A DNA stretch of 64,000 nucleotides, taken from the human T2T-CHM13v2.0 reference genome, Homo sapiens. A model generated the notes under the pieces. The model saw only the letters and a program-made list of their open reading frames with translations, had not been told where the DNA came from and ran no database searches. The stretch is from NCBI GenBank assembly GCA_009914755.4, contig CP086569.2:21120001-21184000 (forward strand). The letters are read 5' to 3'. Below are positions 51,235-61,600 of this stretch, one piece after another (the stretch's first letter is position 1; every line of letters starts with the position of its first letter). A program made the position numbers and the translations under genes.

Positions 51235-53232
51235 AATGAAGCTGCAGACCTTACTGGTGAGTGTTACAGCACTTAAAGGTGTTATGTCCAGAGTTTCTTC
51301 CTTCAGATGTGTCCAGTGTTTCTTCCTTCTGGCAGGTTCATGGTGTTCCTCACTTCAAGAATGAAGCTGCAGACCTTACTGGTGAGTGTTACAGCACTCA
51401 TAGGTGTTATGTGCAGAGTTTGTTCCTTCAGATGTGTCCAGAGTTTCTTCCTTCTTGCAGGTTGGTGGTCTTTCTCACTACCTTAATGAAGCTGCAGACC
51501 TTAATGGTGAATGTTACAGCACATAAAGGTGTTATGTCCAGAGTTTGTTCCTTCAGATGTGTCCTGAGTGTCTTCCTTCTGGCAGGTTCATGGTCTTGCT
51601 CACTTCACTAATGAAGCTGCAGACCTTACTGGTGAGTGTTACAGCCCTTAAAGGTGTTATGTCCAGAGATTGTTCCTTCAGATGTGTCCAGGGTTTCTGT
51701 CTTCTGGCAGGTACATGGTCTTTCTCACTTCAAGAATGAAGCTGCCGAACTTAGTGGTGAGTATTACAGCACTTAAAGGTGTTAGGTCCAGAGTTTTTTC
51801 TTCAGATGTGTCCAGCGTTTCTTCCTTCTGGCAGGTTCTTGGTCTTGCTCACTTCAAGTATGAAGCTGCAGACCTTACTGTTGAGTGTTAAAGCACTTAA
51901 AGGTGTTATGTCCAGAGTTTGTTCCTTCAGATGTGTCCAGACTTTCTTCCTTCTGGCAGGTTCATGCTGTTGCTCACTTCAAGAATGAAGCTGCAGACCT
52001 TAGTGTTGAGTGTTACAGCACTTAAAGGTGTTTTGTCCAGAGTTTGTTCCTTCAGATGTGTCCAGAGTTTCTTCCTTCTAGCAGGTTCATTGTCTGGCTC
52101 TTTTCAGGAATGAAGCTGCAGACCTTAGTGGTGAGTGTTACAACACTTAAAGGTGTTATGTCCAGAGTTTTTTCCTTCAGATGTGTCCAGAGTGTCTTCC
52201 TTCTGGCAGGTTCATGGTCTTGCTCACTTCACTAATGAAGCTGCAGACCTTACTGGTGAGTGTTACAGCACTTAAAGGTGTTATGTCCAGAGTTTCTTCC
52301 TTCAGATGTGTCCAGTGTTTCTTCCTTCTGGCAGGTTCATGGTGTTCCTCACTTCAAGAATGAAGCTGCAGACCTTACTGGTGAGTGTTACAGCACTCAT
52401 AGGTGTTATGTGCAGAGTTTGTTCCTTCAGATGTGTCCAGAGTTTCTTCCTTCTTGCAGGTTGGTGGTCTTTCTCACTACCTTAATGAAGCTGCAGACCT
52501 TACTGGTGAATGTTACAGCACATAAAGGTGTTATGTCCAGAGTTTGTTCCTTCAGATGTGTCCTGAGTGTCTTCCTTCTGGCAGGTTCATGGTCTTGCTC
52601 ACTTCACTAATGAAGCTGCAGACCTTACTGGTGAGTGTTACAGCCCTTAAAGGTGTTATGTCCAGAGATTGTTCCTTCAGATGTGTCCAGGGTTTCTGTC
52701 TTCTGGCAGGTACATGGTCTTTCTCACTTCAAGAATGAAGCTGCCGAACTTAGTGGTGAGTATTACAGCACTTAAAGGTGTTAGGTCCAGAGTTTTTTCT
52801 TCAGATGTGTCCAGCGTTTCTTCCTTCTGGCAGGTTCTTGGTCTTGCTCACTTCAAGTATGAAGCTGCAGACCTTACTGTTGAGTGTTAAAGCACTTAAA
52901 GGTGTTATGTCCAGAGTTTGTTCCTTCAGATGTGTCCAGACTTTCTTCCTTCTGGCAGGTTCATGCTGCTGCTCACTTCAAGAATGAAGCTGCAGACCTT
53001 AGTGTTGAGTGTTACAGCACTTAAAGGTGTTTTGTCCAGAGTTTGTTCCTTCAGATGTGTCCAGAGTTTCTTCCTTCTAGCAGGTTCATTGTCTGGCTCT
53101 TTTCAGGAATGAAGCTGCAGACCTTAGTGGTGAGTGTTACAACACTTAAAGGTGTTATGTCCAGAGTTTTTTCCTTCAGATGTGTCCAGAGTGTCTTCCT
53201 TCTGGCAGGTTCATGGTCTTGCTCACTTCCCT
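51235..53232. repeat. Tandem duplication of a 999-bp (8-monomer) unit, 2 copies with only single-base differences noted; the first ~0.5 kb of the unit also occurs at 46920-47500 and 49545-50125
   Basis: Sequence at 51241-51320 equals 52240-52319. Single mismatches were seen at 51970/52969 and 52231/53230. ORF peptides 51261/52260 (116 aa), 51545/52544, 51670/52669, 51779/52778 and 51919/52918 are identical, and 52044/53043 differ only in the last residue. Confidence 0.88.
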
Positions 53233-55542
53233 AATGAAGCTGCAGACCTTACTGGTGAGTGTTACAGCACTTAAAGGTGTTATATCCAGAGTTTGTTCCT
53301 TCAGATGTGTCCAGAGTTTCTGTCTTCTGGCAGGTTCATGGTCTTGCTCACTTCAAGAATGAAGCTGCAGACCTTAGTGGTGAGTGTTACAGCACTTAAG
53401 GGTGTTATGTCCAGAGTTTTTTCCTTCAGATGTGTCCAGCGTTTCTTCCTTCTGGCAGGTTCATGGTGTTGCTCACTTCAAGAATGATGCTGCAGACTTT
53501 ACTGTTGAGTGTTAAGGCACTTAAACGTGTTATTTCCAGAGTTTGTTCCTTCAGACATGTCCAGAGTTTCTTCCTTCTGGCAGGTTCATGCTGTTGCTCA
53601 CGTCCAGAATGAAGCTGCAGACCTTAGTGTTGAGTGTTACAGCACTTAAAGGTTTTATATCCAGAGTTTGTTCCTTGAGATGTATCCAGAGTTTCTTCCT
53701 TCTTGCAGGTTCGTGATCTTGTTCACTTCCTTAATGAAGCTGCAGACCTTACTGGTGAGTGTTACAGCACTTAAAGGTGTTATGTCCAGAGTTTGTTCCT
53801 TCAGATGTGTCCAGTGTTTCTTCCTTCTGGCAGGTTCATGGTCTTGCTCACTTCAAGAATGAAGCTGCAGAGTTTTGTGGTGAGTGTTACAGCAGTTAAA
53901 GTTGTTATGTCCAGAATTTGTTCCTTCAGATGTGTCCAGTGTTTCTTCCTTCTGGCAGGTTCATGGTCTTGCTCACTTCAAGAATGAAGCTGCAAACCTT
54001 ACTGGTGAGTGATACAGCACTTAAAGGTGTTATGCCCAGAGTTTGTTCCTTCAGATGTGTCCAGAGTGTCTTCCTTCAGGCAGGTTCATGGTCTTGCTCA
54101 TTTCAAGAATTAAGTTGCAGACCTTAGTGGTGAGGGTTACAGCACTTAAAGGTGTTATGTTCAGAGTTTGTTCCTTCAGATGTGTCCAGAGTTTCTTCCT
54201 TCTGGCCGTTTCGTGGTCTTCCTCACTTCAGCAATGAAGCTGCAGACCTTAGTTGTGAGTGTTACAGCACTTAAAGGTGTTATGTCCAGAGTTTGTTCCT
54301 TCAGATGTGTCCAGAGTTTCTTCCTTCTGGCAGGTTCATGTTGTTGCTCACTTCAAGAATGAAGCTGCAGACCTTAGTGTTGAGTGTTACAGCACTTAAT
54401 GGTGTTTTGTCCAGAGTTTGTTCCTTCAGATGTGTCCAGAATTTCTTCTTTCTAGTAGGTTCATTGTCTTGCTCATTTCAAGAATGAAGCTGCAGACCTT
54501 AGTGGTGGGTGTTACAACACTTAAAGGTGTTATGTCCAGAGTTTTTTCCTTCAGATGTGTCCAGAGTGTCTTCCTTCTGGCAGGTTCATGGTCTTGTTCA
54601 CTTGAAGAATGAAGCTGCAAACCTCACTCTTTAGTGCTAAAGCACTTAAAGGTGTTATGTCCAGAGTTTGTTCCTTCAGATGTGTCCAGAGTTTCTTCCT
54701 TCTGGCAGGTTCATGGTGTTGCTCACATCAAGAATGAAGCTGCAGACCTTAGTGTTGAGTGTTACAGCACTTAAAGGTGTTATGTCCAGAGTTTGTTCCT
54801 TGAGATGTGTCCAGAGTTTCTCCATTCTTGCAGGTTCGTGGTCTTGCTCACTTCCTTAATGAAGCTGCAGACCTTACTGGTGAGTGTTACGGCACTTAAA
54901 GGTGTTATGTCCTGAGTTTGTTCCTTCAGATGTGTCCAGAGTGTCTTCCTTCTGGCAGGTTCATGGTCTTGCTCACTTCACTAATGAAGCTGCAGACCTT
55001 ACTGGGGAGTGTTACAGCACTTCAAGGTGTTTTGTCCAGAGTTTGTTCCTTGAGATGTGTCCAGAGTTTTTTCTTTCTAGCAGGTTCATTGTCTTGCTCA
55101 TTTCAAGAATTAAGCTGCAGACCTTACTGGTGAGTTTTACAGCACTTAAAACTGTTATGTCCAGAGTTTGTTCCTTCAGATGTTTCCAGAGTTTCTTCCT
55201 TCTGGCAGGTTCGTGGTCTTGCTCACTTCCTTAATAAAGCTGCAGACCTTCATGGTGAGTGTTACAGCACTTAAAGGTGTTATGTCCAGCGTTTGTTCCT
55301 TCAGATGTGTCCAGCGTTTCTACCTTCTGGCAGGTTCATGGTCTTGCTCACTTCAAGAATGAAGCTGCAGACCTTACTGTTTAGTGTTAAAGCACTTAAA
55401 GGTGTTATGTCCAGAGTTTGTTCCTTCAGATGTGTCCAGAGTTTCTTCCTTCTGGCAGGTTCATGGTGTTGCTCACTTCAAGAATGAAGCTGCAGACCTT
55501 AGTGTTGAGTGTTACAGCACTTAAAGGTGTTATGTCCAGTGT

Positions 55543-58500
55543 TTGTTCCTTCAGATGTGTCCAGAGTTTCTTCCTTCTTGCAGGTTCGTGGTCTTGCTAA
55601 CTTCCTTAATGAAGCTGCAGACCTTACTGGTGAGTGTTACAGCACTTAAAGGTGTTATTTCCAGAGTTTCTTCCTTCAGATGTGTCCAGTGTTTCTTCCT
55701 TCTGGCAGGTTCATGGTCTTGCTCATTTCAAGAATGAAGCTGCAGACTTTTGTGGTGAGTGTTACACCAGATAAAATTGTTATATCCACAATTTGTTCCT
55801 TCAGATGTGTCCAGTGTTTCTTCCTTCTGGCAGGTTCATGGTCTTGCTCACTTCAAGAATGAAGCTGCAGACCTTACTGGTGAGTGTTACAGTACTTAAA
55901 GCTGTTATGTCCAGAGTTTGATCCTTCAGATGTTTCCAGAGATTCTTCCTTCTGGCTAGTTCGTGGTCTTGCTCACTTCTTTAATGAAGCTGCAGACCTT
56001 ACTGGTGAGTGTTACAGCATTTAAAGGTATTATGTCCAGAGTTTGTTTCTTCAGATGTGTCCAGAGTTTCTTCCTTCTGGCAGTTTCGTGGTCTTTCTCA
56101 CTTCAAGATTGAAGCTGCAGACCTTAGTGTTGAGTGTTACAGCCCTTAAAGCTGTTATCTCCAGAGTTTGTTCCTTCAGATGTGTCCAGAGTTTCTTCCT
56201 TTTGGCAGGTTCATGGTCTTGCTCACTTCACTAATGAAGCTGCAGACATTACTGGGGAGTGTTACAGCACTTAAAGGTGTTTTGTCCAGAGTTTCTTCCT
56301 TCAGATGTGTCCAGAGTTTCTTCCTTCTAGCAGGTTCATTGTCTTGCTCATTTCAAGAATTAAGCTGCAGACCTTAGTGGTGACTGTTACAGCACTTATA
56401 GGTGTTAGGTCCAGAGTTTGTTCCTTCAGGTGTATCCAGAGTTTCTTCCTTCTGGCAGATTCATGGTGTTGCTCACTTCAAGAATGAAGCTGCAGACCTT
56501 ACTGGTGAGTGTTACAGCACTTAAAGCTGTTATGTCCAGAGTTTGTTCCTTCAGATGTTTCCAGAGTTTCTTCCTTCTGGCAGGTTCATGGTCTTGCTCA
56601 CTTCTTTAATGAAGCTGCAGACCTTACTGGTGAGTATTACAGCACTTAAAGGTGTTATGTCCAGAGTTTGTTCCATCAGATGTGTCCAGAGTGTCTTCCT
56701 TCTGGCAGGTACATGGTCTTGCTCACTTCAAGAATGAAGCTGCAGACCTTACTGGTGAGTGTCACAGCACTTAAAGGTGTTATGTCCAGAGTTTTTTCCT
56801 TCAGATGTGTCCAGGGTTTCTGTCTTCTGGCAGGTTCATGGTCTTCCTCACTTCAAGAATGAAGCTGCCGACCTTTGTGGTGAGTGTTACAGCACTTGAA
56901 GGTGTTATGTCCAGAGTTCTTTCCTTCAGATGTGTCCAGCATTTCTTCCTTCTGGCAGGTTCATGGTCTTCCTCACTTCAAGAATGAAGCTGCAGACCTT
57001 ACTGGTGAGTGTTACAGCAATTAAAGTTGTTATGTCCAGAGCTTTTTCCTTCAGATGCGTCCAGAGTTTCTTCCTTCTGGCAGGTTCATGGTCTTGGTCA
57101 CTTCAAGAATGAAGGTGCAGACCTTAGTGGTGAGTGTTACAGCACTTAAAGGTGTTATGTCCAGACTTTGTTCCTTCAGATATGTCCAGAGTTTCTACCT
57201 TCTGGCAGGTTCATGGTCTTGCTCACATCAAGAATGAAGCTGCATACCTTACTGTTTAGTGTTAAAGCACTTAAAGGTGTTATGTCCAGAGTTTGTTCCG
57301 TCAGATGTGTCCAGAGTTTCTTCCTTCTGGCAGGTTCATGGTGTTGCTCACTTCAAGAATGAAGCTGCAGACCTTAGTGTTGAGTGCTACAGCACTTAAA
57401 GGTGTTATGTCCAGTGTTTGTTCCTTCAGATGTGTCCAGAGTTTCTTCCTTCTTGCAGGTTCGTGGTCTTGCTCACTTCCTTAATGAAGCTGCATATCTT
57501 ATTGGTGAGTGTTACAGCACTTAAAGGTGTTATTTCCAGAGTTTCTTCCTTCAGATGTGTCCAGTGTTTCTTCCTTCTGGCAGGTTCATGGTCTTGCTCA
57601 TTTCAAGAATGAAGCTGCAGACTTTTGTGCTGAGTGTTACACCAGTTAAAGTGGTTATGTCCACAATTTGTTCCTTCAGATATGTCCAGTGTTTCTTCCT
57701 TCTGGCAGGTTCATGGTCTTGCTCACTTCAAGAATGAAGCTGCAGACCTTACTGGGGAGTGTTACAGCACTTAAAGGTGTTTTGTCCAGAGTTTGTTCCT
57801 TGAGATGTGTCCAGAATTTCTTCCTTCTAGCAGGTTCATTGTCTTGCTCATTTCAAGAATTAAGCTGCAGACCTTAGTGGTGAGTGTTACAGCACTTAAA
57901 GGTGTTATGTCCAGAGTTTGTTCCTTTAGATGTGTCCAGAGTTTCTTCCTTCTGGCAGATTCATGGTGTTGCTCACTTCAAGAATGAAGCAGCAGACCTT
58001 ACTGGTGAGTGTTACAGCACTTAAAACTGTTATGTCCAGAGTTTGTTCCTTCAGATGTTTCCAGAGTTTCTTCCTTCTGGCAGGTTCGTGGTCTTGCTCA
58101 CTTCTTTAATGAAGCTGCAGACCTTACTGATGAGTGTTACAGCACTTAAAGGTGTTATGTCCAGAGTTTGTTCCTTCAGATGTGTCCAGTGTTTCTTCCT
58201 TCTGGCAGGTTCATGGTGTTGCTCACTTCAAGAATGAAGGTGCAGACTTTACTGGTGAGTGCTACAGCACTTAAAGGTGTTATGTGCAGAGTTTTTTCCT
58301 TCAGATATGTCCAGAGTTTCTTCCTTCTTGCAGGTTCGTGGTCTTGCTCACTTCCTTAATGAAGCTGCAGACCTTCAAGGTGAGTGTTACAGCACTTAAA
58401 GGTGTTATGTCCAGAGTTTGTTCCTTCAGATGTGTCCAGCGTTTCTTCCTTCTGGCAGGTTCAAGGTCTTGCTCACTTCAAGAATGACGCTGCAGACCTT

Positions 58501-58680
58501 AGTGTTGAGTGTTACAGAACTTAAAGGTGTTATGTCCAGTGTTTGTTCCTTCAGATGTGTCCAGAGTTTCTTCCTTCTTGCAGGTTCGTGGTCTTGCTCA
58601 CTTCCTTAATGAAGCTGCAGAACTTACTGGTGAGTGATACAGCACTTAAAGGTGTTATGTCCAGAGTTTCTTCCTTCAGA
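55543..58680. repeat. Variable-length higher-order units delimited by a recurring B-type then V-type monomer pair: one 15-monomer unit (55543-57417) followed by a 9-monomer unit (57418-58542) that is a deleted version of it. A further copy of part of the unit lies at 59418-60042, offset 2875 from 56543-57167
   Basis: The B/V pair (…PSCRFVVLLTSLMKLQ… then …PVFLPSGRFMVLLISRMKLQTFV…SVTP/AVKVVMS) starts at 55543, 57418 and 58543. Peptides 56168~57668~58918, 56305~57793~59043, 56543~58043~59418, 56668~59543, 56805~59650, 56930~59805, 57055~59918. Confidence 0.65.
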
Positions 58681-61600
58681 TGTTTCCAGTGTTTCTTCCT
58701 TCTGGCAGGTTCATGGTCTTGCTCACTTCAAGAATGAAGCTGCAGACTTTTGTGGTGAGTGTTACAGCAGTTAAAGTTGTTATGTCCAGAATTTGTTCCT
58801 TCAGATGTGTCCAGTGTATCTTCCTTCTGGCAGGTTCATGGTCTTGCTCACTTCAAGAATGAATCTGCAGACCTTACTGGTGAGTGTTACAGCACTTAAA
58901 GGTGATATGTCCTGAGTTTGTTCCTTCAGATGTGTCCAGAGTTTCTTCCTTCTGGCAGGTTCATGGTCTTGCTCACTTCACTAATGAAGCTGCAGACCTT
59001 ACTAGGGAGTGTTACAGCACTTAAAGGTGTTTTGTCCAGAGTTTGTTCCTTGAGATGTGTCCAGAGTTTCTTCCTTCTAGCAGGTTCATTGTCTTGCTCA
59101 TTTCAAGAATTAAGCTGCAGACCTTGGTGGTGAGTGTTACAGCACTTAAAGGTGTTATGTCCAGAGTTTGTTCCTTTAGATGTGTCAAGAGTTTCTTCCT
59201 TCTGGCAGATTCATGGTGTTGCTCACTTCAAGAATGAAGCAGCAGACCTTACTGGTGAGTGTTACAGCACTTAAAACTGTTATGTCCAGAGTTTGTTCCT
59301 TCAGATATTTCCAGAGTTTCTTCCTTCTGGCAGGTTCGTGGTCTTGCTCACTTCTTTAATGCAGCTGCAGACCTTACTGATGAGTGTTACAGCACTTAAA
59401 GGTGTTATGTCCAGAGTTTGTTCCTTCAGATGTGTCCAGTGTTTCTTCCTTCTGGCAGGTTCATGGTCTTGCTCACTTCTTTAATGAAGCTGCAGACCTT
59501 ACTGGTGAGTGTTACAGCACTTAAAGGTGTTATGTCCACAGTTTGTTCCTTCAGATGTGTCCAGAGTGTCTTCCTTCTGGCAGGTACATGGTCTTGCTCA
59601 CTTCAAGAATGAAGCTGCAGACCTTACTGGTGAGTGTTACAGCACTTAAATGTGTTATGTCCAGAGTTTGTTCCTTCAGATGTGTCCAGGGTTTCTGTCT
59701 TCTGGCAGGTTCATGGTCTTCCTCACTTCAAGAATGAAGCTGCCGACCTTAGTGGTGAGTGTTACAGCACTTGAAGGTGTTATGTCCAGAGTTCCTTCCT
59801 TCAGATGTGTCCAGCGTTTCTTCCTTCTGGCAGGTTCATGGTCTTCCTCACTTCAAGAATGAAGCTGCAGACCTTACTGGTGAGTGTTACAGCAATTAAA
59901 GTTGTTATGTCCAGAGCTTGTTCCTTCAGATGCGTCCAGAGTTTCTTCCTTCTGGCAGGTTCATGGTGTTGCTCACTTCAAGAATGAAGGTGCAGACCTT
60001 AGTGGTGAGTGTTACAGCACTTAAAGGTGTTATGTCCAGACTTTGTTCCTTCAGATATGTCCAGAGTTTCTTCCTTCTGGCAGGTTCATTGTCTTGCTCA
60101 TTTCAAGAATGAAGCTGCAGACCTTAGTGGTGAGTGTTACAGCACTTACAGGTGTTATGTCCAGAGTTTGTTCCTTCAGATGTTTCCAGAGTTTCTTCCT
60201 TTGAGCAGGTTCGTGTTCTTCCTCACTTCAAGAATGAAGCTGCAGACCTTACTGGTGAGTGTTACAGCACTTAAAGGTGTTATGTCCAGAGTTTGTTCCT
60301 TCAGATGTGTCCAGAGTTTCTTCCTTCTTGCAGGTTCGTGGTCTTGCTCACTTCCTTAATGAAGCTGCAGACCTTACTGGTGAATGTTACAGCACTTAAA
60401 GGTGTTATGTCCAGAGTTTGTTCCTTCAGATGTGTCCTGAGTGTCTTCCTTCTTGCAGGTTCATGGTCTTGCTCACTTCATTAATGAAGCTGCAGACCTT
60501 ACTGGTGAGTGATACAGCACTTAAAGGTGTTATGTCCAGAGTTTGTTCCTTCAGATGTGTCCAGGGTTTCTGTCTTCTGGCAGTTACATGGTGTTGCTCA
60601 CTTCAAGAATGAAGCTGCAGACCTTAGTGTTGAGTGTTACAGCACTTAAAGGTGTTATGTCCAGAGTTTGTTCCTTGAGATGTGTCCAGAGTTTCTTCCT
60701 TCTTGCAGGTTCGTGGTCTTGCTCACTTCCTTAATGAAGCTGCAGACCTTACTGGTGAGTGTTACAGCACTTAAAGGTGTTATGTCCAGAGTTTGTTCCT
60801 TCAGATGTGTCCAGTGTTTCTTCCTTCTGGCAGGTTCATCGTCTTGCTGACTTCCCTAATGAAGCTGCAGACCTTACTGGTGAGTGTTACAGCACTTAAA
60901 GGTGTTATGTCCAGAGTTTGTTCCTTCAGATGTGTCCAGGGTTTCTGTCTTCTGGCAGGTACATGGTCTTGCTCACTTCAAGAATGAAGCGGCCGAACTT
61001 AATGGTGAGTGTTACAGCACTTAAAGGTTTTATGTCCAGAGTTTTTTCCTTCAGATGTGTCCAGCGTTTCTTCCTTCTGGCAGGTTCATGGTCTTGCTCA
61101 CTTCAAGAATGAAGCTGCAGACCTTACTGTTGAGTGTTAAAGCAATTAAAGGTGTTATGTCCAGAGTTTGTTCCTTCAGATGTGTCCAGAGTTTCTTCCT
61201 TCTGGCAGGTTCATGGTGTTGCTCACTTCAAGAATGAAGCTGCAGACTTTAGTGTTGAGTGTTACAGCACTTAAAGGTGTTATGTCCAGAGTTTGTTCCT
61301 TGAGATGTGTCCAGAGTTTCTTCCTTCTTGCAGGTTCGTGGTCTTGCTCACTTCCTTAATGAAGCTGCAGACCTTACTGGTGAGTGTTACAGCACTTAAA
61401 GGTGTTATGTCCAGAGTTTGTTCCTTCAGATGTGTCCAGTGTTTCTTCCTTCTGGCAGGTTCATGGTCTTGCTCACTTCAAGAATGAAGCTGCAGACTTT
61501 TGTGGTGAGTGTTACAGCAGTTAAAGTTGTTATGTCCAGAATTTGTTCCTTTTAGATGTGTCCAGTGATTCTTCCTTCTGGCAGGTTCATGATCTTGCTC

